Numbered from the stretch's first letter, positions 15,441 through 29,860 are shown. The stretch is DNA of 64,000 nucleotides from Eledone cirrhosa (GCA_964016885.1 OZ024748.1:13082001-13146000), one strand, 5' to 3'. Notes: generated by a model not told the origin, from the sequence alone. Numbers and translations are program-made.

Positions 15441-15893
15441 TATCTATCTATTAATCTATAAACACACATATACATATATAGATATGAATGTGTGTGCGTA
15501 CTTGTGCGTCAGTGCTTCTTAGTCAGAACGAGGGAGAGTGTGTGTGTGTATGTGTGTGTGTGTACGTGGATGAAATGTTAAGAAGCGGACCCTGTTAGCG
15601 ATTTAAGCTATTCGCTTCCCCTTCTACAAGTATCTTCTCAATATCCGCAACAACACATTTACCTATGGGAGGTAGACATCACGGAGCGATATATAAACAT
15701 TTTTGTTCACACGCTCCTATATATTATATGGTACTAAATATTTTGTGTATTTACATCCCTACGTTTGTGTTGATATATATATAAATATATAATCTGAGTA
15801 CCCGACACAACGTCTATATATCTATATATATATATATATATAAATAGGAACAAGTAAAGACCCCGACGGCTGAGCTCAATATATATATATGAA

Positions 15894-16108
15894 GGCGTGT
15901 GGTTGAGTGGTTAGAGAATTGGATTCGCAATCGTAAGGTTGTGAGTTCGATTCCTGGACCAGGTGATGCGTTATGTCTTGAGCAAGACGCTTTATTTCAC
16001 GTTGCTCCATCTACCTGGAGTTGCGACCGATAGATAGTATTAGCAATTGGAAAGACCAACGGAAACATTGTTCCCTCGGTCCGATTTGACGAAAGTTGAT
16101 CGTTCCTT
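15894..16108 (+). mobile_element. tRNA-derived SINE family B (CORE-like), full-length
   Basis: Box A TGGTTGAGTGG, box B GAGTTCGATTCC and CORE-like CTTGAGCAAGAC.CTT. Near-identical to 32040 and 51483; TA-flanked. Confidence 0.88.
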
Positions 16109-16247
16109 TTATATATATATATATATATTTGTATAAATCTTATATAAATATATAAATATATATTTATATACAAATGAATGTTCGTGGGTGTTTATTATAA
16201 TTAATACTTTGTGGTTGTAGTATTAGTATTAGTATATATATATATAA

Positions 16248-16361
16248 TAATATTACATGGTCAGTAGTTTACACAACATACCTTGTTCTTTGAGTGTGTG
16301 TATGTGTGTGTGTATGTATGTGTCTGTGTCTGTGTATGCACATGTGTGTGTGTGTATGCAC

Positions 16362-16402
<41 letters not shown>

Positions 16403-16519
16403 ATATTACATGGACTGTAGTTTACACAACATACCTTGTTCTTTGAGTGTGTGTATGTGTGTGTGTATGTATGTGTGTGTGTCTGTGTATGCACATGTGT
16501 GTGTGTGTATGCACATGTG

Positions 16520-16554
<35 letters not shown>

Positions 16555-16674
16555 GTAATATTACATGGACTGTAGTTTACACAACATACCTTGTTCTTTG
16601 AGTGTGTGTATGTGCGTGTGTATGTATGTGTGTGTGTCTGTGTATGCACATGTGTGTGTGTGAATGCACATGTG

Positions 16675-16708
<34 letters not shown>

Positions 16709-17185
16709 ATATTACATGGTCAGTAGTTTACACAACATACCTTGTTCTTTGAGTGTGTGTATGTGTGTGTGTGTATGTATGTGTGTGTGTGTGTCTGTGT
16801 ATGCACATATGTGTGTGTTTATGCACATGTGTATATATATACACATATATATATATATATATATATACATATACATACATACATGTGTGTGTGTCTGTGT
16901 ATGCACATGTGTGTGTGTGTATGCACATGTGTATATATATATATATATATACATATACATTCATACATACATGTGTGTGTCTGTGTGACTGTGTGTTAGT
17001 GTGTATTATTTCTTATTCTGTAATCGAATAATCGAATATCATTTAAATAGCTACCAATCACTGCTACCATTCCAACTATTGTAATATTACATGGACAGTA
17101 GTTTACACAACATACGTTGTTCTTTGAGTGTGTGTATGTATGTGTGTGTGTATGCACATGTGTGTGTATATGCACATGTGTGTAT
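16248..17185. repeat. ~150-bp composite tandem repeat (unique core plus microsatellite)
   Basis: TAATATTACATGG.C.GTAGTTTACACAACATAC.TTGTTCTTTGAG at ~16247, 16401, 16556, 16707 and 17082. Confidence 0.9.
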
Positions 17186-17322
17186 AGTATATGTTTATAT
17201 ATGAATACATTTAATCTTATTTTTCATTGAACGTTAGTCGCGAAAGTTATAGAAGAAATATACTTTGGATATTTTTATATTTTCAATATGAACTTCATGT
17301 TTTATCTATATATGTATATGTG

Positions 17323-17434
<112 letters not shown>

Positions 17435-17504
17435 TATATATATATTTATATATATATATTTTTATATATTTTTATATATAAATATATGTGCATATATATA
17501 TATA

Positions 17505-17558
<54 letters not shown>

Positions 17559-17588
17559 TGTATATATATATATATATGTACATGTATA

Positions 17589-17622
<34 letters not shown>

Positions 17623-17707
17623 CAGTTGATACAAGGAACCAAAGCGCTACCCAACATTTCAAGACACAATATTGACCACAATTCTCTCTCCGATTGACCA
17701 CTGTTTT

Positions 17708-17795
<88 letters not shown>

Positions 17796-17809
17796 CATAT
17801 ATATATACA

Positions 17810-17853
<44 letters not shown>

Positions 17854-18510
17854 TGTAGATAAATCTACCAAGTATAATTTTGTACATAGATCTGTTGAAT
17901 ATGCATGCCAATTCTAACACATATATATCCTAGAAACGATCGTTAAATAATGAACTTTTTTTGTTTAATATAAGGAACTGTTTCATTGTTTTATTCATTA
18001 TTTGTTTAATATTTTATATACATATATATATATATGCATACATATATATTACTGCTCTGTAAAACAACTGATGTTCTTACATTGAGCTATTTCTCTTACT
18101 GGTAATAAGGTAGTAATAAATTACTGACCTTCCCTGTTTATGGTTGTTTATAGTATAGTATATACATAACTGTAAATAGTATCTTTAATATTATATACAT
18201 ACATATACATATATATATATATACACAAATTCTGCACCAACAAGCGATTACATTACAACTTATTAGTCTCACAAATTCTTTAACATCCGAGATTCTAGAA
18301 ATATTATGATTGACATAACGACGAATCTTGCTATGTTAAGACGGGGTGTTCAGCTCTAGCATATCTTTGATCATAGTTCATTGGTTTAGAGCTAACCTAC
18401 CGTTAATACACAGATAATATCAGAAACCCGCCTTTCACTTTAAACGACTATATAAAGAAGTTAAATTTGAAGTCATTGAAGTCATGAACTTCGACTGGTA
18501 GTGTCTTCTG

Positions 18511-18705
18511 AGGCTATCAATTTTGCGGGAGGGGAAAGTCGATTAAATCTATATATCAGTACATTACTGGTATTTTATTTTAGCGACCTCATAAATATGA
18601 AAGGCAAAACTAACCTCAGCGAGATTTGAACTCAGAACGTTAGGCATGAAACTATATGCCGTTAAGCATGTTATCCGATGCTCTACCGATGCTGTTAATC
18701 CACCA
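18511..18705 (-). mobile_element. SINE family A, diverged long variant
   Basis: Sequence similarity to the other copies. Confidence 0.8.
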
Positions 18706-19533
18706 CACTCTTTCGATTCATGATAACAGAAGGAAAAATGAAAAATCTAATGATATAATCCGTGACACTGTGTACTCAATACAAAGGTAGAGTATCTCAC
18801 AGCTGAATTTTTCTCAGTATATAGACGTGTTGATCTGAGATTATACAACTGCAAAGAATAGTGTATTCTTTGATACACGATGACTGAGTGGTTGAGGTGA
18901 TGGCATCAGCTAAACCAGACTAAGCAATGAGATTTTCAGACATCGACGTTATTCAAAATCAATGGTCAAACAAAATCAATGTCACATTGGTTAGTGTACA
19001 CCTAGCTATACTATGAGTAGTATGTGAGGACTGATTATTTGAGGCGACGCTCTCAGTTAAATAATACCTTAGAAATTAGGTTGAGTTACATGTAAGCTAA
19101 TTTGAGGGCAAACAAAATCAATGACACAATGGTTAGTGTACTCCTAGATACACTATGAGTAATAGGTGTGATGGTCAGTTAAAATATCGAGTGGATCAAA
19201 GTTGATCTCATGTTAAACAACAACACATTAGATCATGTAGTTATAAGAGAGAATTCTTTGAGAATAACAGATGGGGATGGGCGTATTTGGAACGTCTTTC
19301 TTAATAACTGCTAGTTCAACAATGACCTGGCTAAAAGCCTATGTAAATAATAACAAAATAACATGATGTTACTCTATTATTCTATTACGTGTTCCAGCCG
19401 ACAGGCTCAGGCCATGCTGGGGCACCGCAATTGATGGTATTTTTTTAGCTGTATTATCCTGTTTTTTCTCGATATATATTTTTCTAAAGCACAAGTTTGG
19501 CTCTTCTCTTCATGGCACATTATATATCCCCGA

Positions 19534-19602
<69 letters not shown>

Positions 19603-19756
19603 TTATTTCCTACGGTGTTATACATACCTGCTGTATAGCTAAATATAAACGTACATCCGGTGCGTAAATCAGAAACCCTTATGTATACTTTTACGATATT
19701 ATAGGCACTAAAGAAATATATATATATGTATATATTATACATACATATACATACAT

Positions 19757-19789
<33 letters not shown>

Positions 19790-19954
19790 TCCTAAAATAT
19801 TATACACACTTGAGGTATAACTGGCTATATACGTACAGTATTGTATACACCTGAGATATAGCAATCAATACACGGTGATGTATTTATTACATATAGCTGA
19901 TATATAGCTACGGACTTAATGTATTATTCATACCCGAGTCATCGCAATTAAATT

Positions 19955-20355
19955 GTATCATTAGAGGGTCGGACGCCATGCTTTCCAGCATAGTTACATC
20001 CCTTTACGATCTGAGTTCAAATCCTGCCGAGGTTGACTTTGCCTTTCATCCTTACGGGGTCGATAAATAAAGTACCAGTAATGCACTGGGTAATTGCTGG
20101 CCTTGTGCCTAAAGTAGAAACAATTATTTTATATACAAGGGTGGTGGATAGGCAGAATATGTAGAGCCTCGCACAACATAATTTGTGACATATACTTAGA
20201 CACTTTTTATGTTCTGAATTCAAATTCCACGGAGATTAACGTTACCATTCATCGTTAAGGGGGTCGATAAAATAAAGTACCAGTAACATACTGGAGTCAA
20301 TTTAATCGACTTTCCCTCCTCCAAAATAGTTGGCCTTTTGTTTCAAACAGAAACC
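19955..20355 (+). mobile_element. Two head-to-tail SINE family A copies (young 19955-20126, diverged 20139-20355)
   Basis: Both contain box B and the central domain. Confidence 0.85.
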
Positions 20356-20553
20356 TTTATATTATATATATATATCAGGTGTTGTTATCAGTGTCTCGTA
20401 CGTAAACACCTGCTGTAAACTTAAGCTACAACTATCATACTCTGGTTTTATATATTATACATACATGATGTGCCTATCTGCTTGAGATATTGTGATATTA
20501 GATATTATATATTATATATAAATAAGACGTAGCTATCATCCTATGGTATATAT

Positions 20554-20749
20554 TTGTTTCTACTTTAGGCACAAGGCCAGCAAATACCCAGTTCATTACT
20601 GGTACTTTATTTTATCGACCCCGTAAGGACCCCGTAAGGATGAAAAGCAAAGTCAACCTCGGCGGGATTTGAACTCAGATCGTAAAGGGACGTAACTATG
20701 CTGGAAAGCATGGCGTCCGACCCTCTACCAATACTGCCAATCCACCGCC
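20554..20749 (-). mobile_element. SINE family A, young copy with an internal 11-bp duplication
   Basis: GACCCCGTAAG is tandemly duplicated at 20617-20638. Confidence 0.9.
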
Positions 20750-21060
20750 TTGGTATATATTATATATTATACTATCTGTCTGTGGTATTATACGTACCTG
20801 AGCTACAGCTATATACCTACGGTATTCAACATAACTTTAATGAGGCTACATATATATATAGAGTCGAGAATTTAATATAGATTGTGATCATGTAAATAAT
20901 CTTGATTGGTTAGTAATAAGATTAATGTATTAATAATAGGCGACAATAACTAGTATAATCTTATAATATTATAACTTCATAACATCATATGTTAAATAAA
21001 TACGCATATACGAACAAATAGACACACAGTTATATATACATTTATATACACACATACATA

Positions 21061-21099
<39 letters not shown>

Positions 21100-21166
21100 C
21101 GAGTGTATGTGTGCGTGTATATATATCTATATCTATCTATCTATACCTGTATATATATATATATAT

Positions 21167-21267
<101 letters not shown>

Positions 21268-21573
21268 ATTAGCTAAAACAGTGACATGTACATGTACTTA
21301 AGTTTCGTTGGGTTATTCATCCTAGCTCATTCAGTATGTTATATAACAGACTGAAATAGTTGCGTTGAAATCACTGTTGTAACTAATTATACTTAACTCG
21401 CCCGATGGCTTGAGTGCACTTGCCCTTGGAGATTCATACCAAAATTATACAAAAGTATACACACACATACATACACACATACATACATACATACATACAT
21501 ACATACATACATACATACATACATACATACATACATACACAGATATATGTATACGTATATATATATATATATA

Positions 21574-21754
21574 AGACAGAACCAGTGTCCATGGGATAGT
21601 AGAATGTGGCTATATTAGGAAGTGTCGCGACCCGATGACTGAGCTCAGCCGTCGGGTCGCGACACTTCCTAATATAGCCACATTCTACTATCGCATGTAT
21701 GGAGTACTCTGTTAAATAATGGTCCAGCTAGTTTAATACTTGTTTAATCCTGAA
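21574..21754 (+). mobile_element. Family F diverged copy
   Basis: Palindrome 21595-21692 centred on GAG|CTC, with a diverged tail. Confidence 0.65.
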
Positions 21755-21828
21755 ATATATATATATATAAATACATACATATAAATATATATATATATAT
21801 ATATACGGGGTAAATAAATTATTTCCTG

Positions 21829-21889
<61 letters not shown>

Positions 21890-21891
<2 letters not shown>

Positions 21892-22036
21892 ACGATGGAA
21901 ATGTGGTAAGGAACCAGGTGGACCATAACGCACCAAAGTACTCAATACTTAGGGTAGTAGAGTGGGTAATAGGAACGAGTAGGAATTAGCCGTCGAAACG
22001 GCTTGAGCTCAGCCGTCGGGGTCCTACTCGTTCCTA
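21890..22036 (-). mobile_element. Family F copy
   Basis: Tail in reverse orientation plus an inverted segment with GAAACGGCTTGAGCTCAGCCGTC; TA-flanked. Confidence 0.7.
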
Positions 22037-22322
22037 TATAAATATATATATATATATATATTCTTTGCTTAAACTTTAATCTATTATCTTAATAAATATT
22101 TGCTCTACGTTTCTTATATATTTGATATATATTTATCCTTATCGAGGACTCTTTGGATTTTATATATATAGGTGTGTATATATATAAATGAGTTTTTTTA
22201 ATATTAATAAGAACATTCGATTCATTTGCAATTATGCTAACAGCCTCTGTTTTTAAAGCCATGTCAATAGAATGAACCCCTCTTTTATTGTATTCCGCCA
22301 TGTAGAGCGATATTTTTTCTTT

Positions 22323-22367
<45 letters not shown>

Positions 22368-22403
22368 AAGTATATATGTGTGTAAGTATATATGTATGTC
22401 TAA

Positions 22404-22530
<127 letters not shown>

Positions 22531-22643
22531 TACATATATACATATAAATATGTACGTCAATACTCATCTTTTTCCATTTATCTGAGGGTTTTAAACCTCA
22601 TTATCAGACTAAAATTTCTTTAGTCAAAAATACGGTGAAAGCT

Positions 22644-22690
<47 letters not shown>

Positions 22691-22695
<5 letters not shown>

Positions 22696-22879
22696 ATAGA
22701 AGGAGCTTCTACAGGACTAGTACTGTTTCATTCAGATGAAATCTTCACCTGAAGATTTCATCTGAATGAAACAGTACTAGTCCTGTAGAAGCTCCTTCTG
22801 TAAAATAAAAAAAATTTACTCTGCCATGTATTGAGTACCTTACTTACTGTGGTTATCCCCGACTCAACCCGGGTTCTAC

Positions 22880-22880
<1 letters not shown>
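22691..22880 (+). mobile_element. PLE-tail family D, palindrome centred at the HHR core
   Basis: 57-bp arms 22691-22747 and 22750-22806 (1 mismatch). The right arm reads CTGAAGA-TTTCATCTGAAT-GAAAC-AGTACTA-GTC. Related fragments at ~32930-32980, 36555-36597, 37960-38055 and 38181-38260. Confidence 0.7.
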
Positions 22881-22918
<38 letters not shown>

Positions 22919-23335
22919 TGCATATATATCTATATATATAGACACACTCATAATTTCAATGCGCGAGGGTGCCTGTGTGTGTGTGTGCTCATAATTTAAG
23001 CAGTCTGCAGTTATTCATAAAACACGCCTATTCAGCAAACAGATTTCTCGGGCAAAGCTGGAACTCCAATAAATGTATAGTAACGAACAAGGAATATAGC
23101 AGTAAATTCGCTAGAAATAACCAATAAATTAATTCTTTCTGTATAGCGCTCCATTTCATGGTGGCAGCCACATCTGTTCACTAACCTACATAGCTTAATG
23201 TGGTGTCATTATGTTCTCTCACAATCTGTCTCTCCTCTCTCATTCTCTCTCTCTATCTTACTCCCTTCTATCTGTCTTCCACAATTCATATTTATATATA
23301 TAATATATATTCATACACATATATACACACACACA

Positions 23336-23392
<57 letters not shown>

Positions 23393-23452
23393 TCAATACA
23401 CATAAGCACACACACACACACATATATATGTGTATATATATATAAATATATA

Positions 23453-23588
23453 TAGGAAAAAGTATGACCCCGACGGCTTGAGCTCTGCCGTCGGGGTCAT
23501 ACTTTTTCCTATTTCCCACTCTACTACCCTAAGTATTGAGTACTCTGGTGCGTTATGGTCCATCTGGTTCCTTACTACAATTCCTTTG

Positions 23589-23591
<3 letters not shown>
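23453..23591 (+). mobile_element. Family F copy
   Basis: Palindrome 23453-23511 centred on the stem III loop, followed by the tail; TA-flanked. Confidence 0.7.
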
Positions 23592-23664
<73 letters not shown>

Positions 23665-23724
23665 TATATATAATATATATATATACATATATATATGCAT
23701 ATACACACACATATATATACATAT

Positions 23725-23759
<35 letters not shown>

Positions 23760-23760
23760 T

Positions 23761-23887
<127 letters not shown>

Positions 23888-24217
23888 TATATATATATAT
23901 GTTACTATATATACCACCAGCTGTGTTCAATTTTTTATCTACTATTATATTTTCAACACACCTTCCTACTATATTTCATTTTTTTATCACTCCGTGTTTG
24001 ATCTAACTGATACTTTGTGACACGCAAACACCTGCACACACACACAGATACAAACATACATACACACACATAAACACCCACACACTCATAAACATATATA
24101 CGCACACATATATATATACACACAAGAGGGTTCTTTCTCCTTTATCTCGTCTACGGAAATACTACACACACACACACGCGCGCGCATCTCTATATATATA
24201 TTTTATATATATATATA

Positions 24218-24258
<41 letters not shown>

Positions 24259-24269
24259 TATATATATGC

Positions 24270-24337
<68 letters not shown>

Positions 24338-24402
24338 GTATGTACTTATGAATATATATATTTATGAATATATATATAGATTTACGTTTACATAGGTATA
24401 TA

Positions 24403-24505
<103 letters not shown>

Positions 24506-25112
24506 GTATGTATACATATAGACATCGCATGACTGTAATAATTCATATAAACACACCTTTATATTTCAAAGATGTCGTGATATTGGCTATGGGGTATCTA
24601 TAAAGTAGATGCCAGTTATATAATGGTAATTTCACTCGACTATGTTCGTATATTCTTGTATATACGAATGGGTAATGTCGGAGTATATTTATATATGTAC
24701 AAACCTAAGTGAATGAGATTCCTTCTTTTCCCTGAGAGCAAACGAAAAACTTATCTTAAAATTACATTTATATACACGATCTGTGACAGACTAAAGTTTC
24801 AGAACCCTCATCTTAAACATTTTAATTCCTTGAGATTATATTTCCAGGTGTTCTTAAGGATATGTTTAACGAATAATAAGAAGTTTAATATGTTCTGTTT
24901 AACTGTATTCAAGCATCATCAACATTTATTCTTTTATACAAAAGAAACTAATATTTTCCATATCAAACCACCTGAAGACAATCTTGCTTCTATAATAAAA
25001 GATCTCTATGCCGAAGTGTTTATATTTATCTAAAACAATTCCATCGTCATTTTACGTGGCAATCCTTGGTATGCTCCAAGGTGAAACTTAATTATATAAC
25101 TGAATCCTTCCA

Positions 25113-25700
25113 TATTCTTGATTTTTTTTTTCAAAATGACTTGAAAATTATATGTGGTTTATTTCATTAGAAATATGGTAATGAAAGCAATAAAATGTTT
25201 TAATTTATTAAACAGAAAAACTTTACATCATAATTTTATATGGGAAATATTGTCGAAACAAAAGAAAGATGGTTATATTGCTGACGTTTCTTTAAATTCT
25301 TGATTATTTTCAAAATGACTTGAAAAACATAAGTGGTTTATTTCCTTAGAAATATGGTAATGAAAGAGATAAAATATTTTATAAAATATTTATATTTATG
25401 TAAAAAAAAATCGATCAGAATTCTATATGTGAAACATTGTTAAGTTATGTCCAAAGAAAAGCTTAATACAGAAAAAGATAATTATATTATTGCAATCACT
25501 TCAAATTCTTGATTGTTAAATATTTATATTTATCTAAAAAAAAACAACCATCATAATTGTACTTGGTTTCCGTTAACTTAAGTTCAAAACACCAGCTTCA
25601 AAATGAATAATCATAATACTAAATCTCCAAAACTTGATGATTATTTTCAAAATGGTTTGGAAATCACAGACAGTACATTTCATTAGAAATGTGAAAACAA
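25113..25700. repeat. Diverged ~180-bp tandem duplication
   Basis: TTCTTGATT..TTCAAAATGACTTGAAAA..TAGAAATATGGTAATGAAAG at ~25115 and ~25297, with weaker copies downstream. Confidence 0.65.
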
Positions 25701-26054
25701 AAGGGTTAAATAATTTTAGCAGTCATAGACAATTACAAATCTGTGTAAAATGTAGTGTTTACGTTTTCAAAGCTGAAGTTGAAACCTTTCTCTCGACTCG
25801 AAACTTGTTATATCAAAGCTTATCCTAGTTTTGTATAATTTAAACGCTAGTCCATCGTAAGTGTAACGATCAGTTGCCACAGGATTCATTGAATTCTGTT
25901 GAGTGAAGTGGAGTGGACCAAAGTGAAATGACGTGCTTTGCTTCATGACATAATGCATTTTTCGGTCCGAGTGTTAAGCCAATGACATTACGATCGCAAG
26001 ACCAGCATTTTACTCACAAGACCATGCACTTTAACTAAACTATTATTTTAAGTA

Positions 26055-26224
26055 TCGTATTTCCCGGCGTCGGAAACATTACTTTTTTCCTAAAATAAGT
26101 CTAAAAAAATCTACCATGCTTCCTGGAGGCCGAAGGTTGTTTATTATTTTTATTTCAAACTTTTTGTTGTCAAAATTAGGGTGCGCCTTCGAGGACGAAG
26201 CGTCTTTGGCACCGGGAAATACGG
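26055..26224. mobile_element. Tc1/mariner-superfamily MITE
   Basis: TIRs TCGTATTTCCCGGCGTC and (reverse complement) CCGTATTTCCCGGTGCC, with TA at 26053-26054 and 26225-26226. Confidence 0.75.
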
Positions 26225-26231
26225 TACGTTA

Positions 26232-26444
26232 AGGACGGCAGTATCGTTAGACAGTCAGACGACACACCTCACAGCACAGAGTTACAGCTCATTAAGTTCT
26301 GATTTCAAATCTCGTTGAGTTTAGAATTACCTATCATCATTAAGGGGCCGATAAAATAAAGTAGTAGTAATGCACTGGGTTCGATTTAATCGATATTCTC
26401 CTCCCCCAAAATTGTTTACTTTGTGCCTATATCAGAAACCATTG
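26232..26444 (+). mobile_element. SINE family A, diverged long variant
   Basis: Sequence similarity; abuts a MITE. Confidence 0.7.
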
Positions 26445-26870
26445 TTTAGAAGAACATTATTCGACAATCGACTTCCGGAGCTCTGGGTTCGATTTCAACA
26501 AAGATGTTCCACTGTTCATTTAAAACTTTAGAAATCTCGGTCAAAATTTTAACAACATATTATTGAAATATTCAAATTGACAAATATTTTCTTTACCAAA
26601 TCAAACAGAAATCGATATTGATTATATTTTATATTAAATTCACAAGATAGTCGATCATATTCAATATCAGTATATTCCGATTTTACTGTCTTCAACCACT
26701 GGACATCAGCCATGTAAGGGCATCATCATGAAAGGTGTTAATCGATGATATTGATCCCATTGCACTAATTGGCATATATTTGATTATTTTGTAAGACCCA
26801 AGGCAAGAAAAGGCGAGATAACTGTGTGAGAAAAGTAGAAATAATCACACACACATAATGACACACACAC

Positions 26871-26953
<83 letters not shown>

Positions 26954-26980
26954 TATGTATATGTATATGTATATATATAT

Positions 26981-27150
26981 TAATTGTTTCTACTTTTTGG
27001 CACAAGGCCACTAAATGCGCAGCGCATTACTGGTACTTTATTTTATCGACCCCGTAAGGATGATAGGCAAAGTTAACCTCGACGGGATTTGAACTCAGAT
27101 CATAAAGGGCCGTAACTCTATGCGTCAAAGCATGGCGTCCGAACCTCTAT
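26981..27150 (-). mobile_element. SINE family A copy
   Basis: Sequence similarity. Confidence 0.85.
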
Positions 27151-27210
27151 TAATAACAGAAATTCCAACTTTGTCTGATTTACTCGTTTTATTTACAATC
27201 CTTTAAAATT

Positions 27211-27400
27211 TATAATTGTTTCTACTTTTGGCACAAGGCCATCAATTACCCAATACATTACTGGTACTTTATTTTATCGACCCCGTAAGGATGAAAGGCA
27301 AAGTTAACATCGGCGGGATTTGAACTCAAACCGTAAAGGGACGTAACTATGCTGGAAAGCATGGCGTCCGACTCTCTACCGATATTTCCAATCCACCGCC
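27211..27400 (-). mobile_element. SINE family A, full-length, nested in the family C element
   Basis: Sequence similarity; flanked by family C sequence on both sides. Confidence 0.9.
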
Positions 27401-27506
27401 GCTTTCATACTTTCAGTACTTTCATACTTTCAGGTTCATATTCGGTGGTGACAGTCAAGTTTGCAATTTTCAACTGTCGGTGACAGTAAAGTTTGCAATT
27501 TTCATA

Positions 27507-27545
27507 TGAACCTGAAGATTGCGAAAGCATGAAAGTACTTGTTCA
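27507..27545 (+). ncRNA. Very compact hammerhead ribozyme motif (family C)
   Basis: TGAAC-CTGAAGA-TTGC(GAAA)GCAT-GAAA-GTAC-TT^GTTCA. Stem I is 5 bp, stem II is GNRA-capped and stem III is the palindrome AAGTACTT. Confidence 0.75.
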
Positions 27546-27699
27546 ATTAACACTTAACATTTAATATTCTACCATACTATTTCATTCTAATACCATTATA
27601 CATTTTAAAGGATTGTAAATAAAACGAGTAAATCAGACAAAGTTGGAATTCCTTTTATTAATATAATCTTCTATACACAATCATACACACCCGTGTATA

Positions 27700-27780
<81 letters not shown>

Positions 27781-27785
<5 letters not shown>

Positions 27786-27962
27786 AAGGAAGAATAGTAA
27801 GGAACCAGATGGACCATAATGCACCAGAGTACTCAATACTTAGGGTAGTAAAGTGGGTAATAGGAAAATGTTGACCAGACGGCAGAGCTCAAGCCGTTTC
27901 GGCGGCTATTTCTGTCCAGAAATAGCCATCGAAATGGCTTTGCCGTCGGGGTCAAACATTTT

Positions 27963-27966
<4 letters not shown>
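27781..27966 (-). mobile_element. Family F copy
   Basis: Reverse-orientation tail plus imperfect fold-back 27861-27966; TA-flanked. Confidence 0.7.
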
Positions 27967-28015
<49 letters not shown>

Positions 28016-28021
28016 ATATAT

Positions 28022-28115
28022 ATGAAGAAAAACGATGAGGTTTCGTTTACATGTATTCAGTAATTTTTTTATTGAGTATCGATCAGTTACGCGCGTTTCG
28101 CAGACGATTGGCTCA
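28022..28115 (-). mobile_element. PLE tail truncated inside the HHR core
   Basis: Minus strand: (TG)n|TGA-GC(CAATCGTCT)GC-GAAA-C-GCGC-G-TA^ACTGA, then AATAAA and (TA)n. Confidence 0.6.
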
Positions 28116-28126
28116 CACACACACAC

Positions 28127-28163
<37 letters not shown>

Positions 28164-28873
28164 AGTTACCGGCTGTGGTTAGACAGTGAGAGGCTGGTTG
28201 CCGTCAGATATAAAATGTGCGCGCGCGACACACCGCATATTATGACGGCGCCACTTCAAATCAATTAGGAATTTGATAATTAATCACATTGACGGTGACC
28301 AGGACACAAACATGCGAAATTTTATACCAGACAGTCGTAAATGTTCATAAATAGAGAAACCGTAAAAAATCTTGAAATCGGACAATCTTTGTAGATATTT
28401 CTTCGCAAATAATTCTTCCTGGAATAAACAAAATTGAAATATTGAAATGGTGAATATAAAGACATCAGATATTACAACAATTTAGGGAATGCACTAAAAT
28501 ACGATTACAAAACCAATTCATGGTTAAGAGATCAAATTACACCCAGAGCTCAAATGTAGTTTATTATTTAGCAAACAATGATTAACATTTTTAAAAAGTC
28601 CAAATATATTGGAGATATGTATTTTTTCTTTATAAGCTTAGAGTTAAGACTAAACATATGTATAGTACAATTATTCCCCCATCCGTCAGTGCGATGATTA
28701 AGATGATGTTGATAAGGATATATATATATATAAGAATTAAAATACTAGAGTGTGTTGGAGTTAAACACCCTCTTCATATTATAGAAATGACAGTAAAGGT
28801 ATAGCTCAATGTAATTAAACAGAGCCGAAGAATGATGAAAATAAACCAAAGAAGCCTTCAATACATAAACAGT

Positions 28874-28927
28874 CTTTATTAGCCAACAATGTTTCGTCCT
28901 ATTAAGAACTCATCAGGGCAAGTAAAG
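28874..28927 (-). ncRNA. Minimal hammerhead ribozyme motif in a TA-flanked island (~28733-28975)
   Basis: Minus strand: CTTTACTTGCC-CTGATGA-GTTC(TTAATA)GGAC-GAAA-C-ATT-G-TT^GGCTAATAAAG. Confidence 0.78.
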
Positions 28928-29172
28928 CTATAAGAAGCACTATCGGCCAATACAAGCCAAAAACAATATTTTCATATATATATATATATATATATATATG
29001 GACATACATCATATATATATATATACATACATAAATCATATATTTATATATATATATATATATTATATATATATACCGTATGTTTAATTAAAAACATTTT
29101 GAAGACCATACGCTATCAGTTTTAAAGTAGTGACTATGTCACTTACTTCTTTTCGGCGAAAGAAGGGAGAGA

Positions 29173-29214
29173 AGCTGACAGTGTGTTTCACGGTGGTTGG
29201 CGTTCATCAGAGCC
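29173..29214 (-). ncRNA. Hammerhead ribozyme motif with a canonical GUC triplet (family H; element ~29077-29220)
   Basis: Minus strand: GGCT-CTGATGA-ACG(CCAACCAC)CGT-GAAA-CA(CAC)TG-TC^AGCT. Confidence 0.8.
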
Positions 29215-29216
29215 AC

Positions 29217-29270
<54 letters not shown>

Positions 29271-29280
29271 TTATTGATAA

Positions 29281-29329
<49 letters not shown>

Positions 29330-29464
29330 CACAGATGGATAAAGATGTTAAGATGAGTGAAGAAACTTAGCTTATCACATTTGACAGTCAGCAGTAAAGA
29401 TATTCACGGCTTACATATTGTATATCTGTACACCTGTATATGCGTATATATGTATATATGTATG

Positions 29465-29562
<98 letters not shown>

Positions 29563-29860
29563 TATATGTGTGCGCCGGAATGTCGGAACGATTGCATATA
29601 CACCTGTATCTATTTCTACTTAAATACTTACACAGATATCAAGCTATTGTCATGAATAAATAAATAAATAATCTATTGAGAAAAAAAAGAGAGAATGTGT
29701 TCTGATTGTCATGGTAACGGGGACACAAAAAATTGGGAAAAAATGAAAAAAATCTACAAATGAATTATAACAAAAAATATGATGCATTAAGAATTTAAAA
29801 CATTTCCCACCTTTCTGTCATCTACCTGTAATCAATTCTACCTGATTATATATATATATG

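Larger units (their letters stand above)
27161..27702 (+). mobile_element. PLE-tail family C copy with inverted ends, interrupted by a SINE
   Basis: 27161-27209 is the reverse complement of ~27602-27650. The tail to 27702 matches 4657-4716 and 6596-6733 in reverse orientation. Confidence 0.7.

Noticed and set aside
15894-15965. tRNA gene-like sequences (also 32040 and 51483)
   Set aside because: Each continues into a shared ~140-bp body without a proper cloverleaf end, so they are SINE heads.
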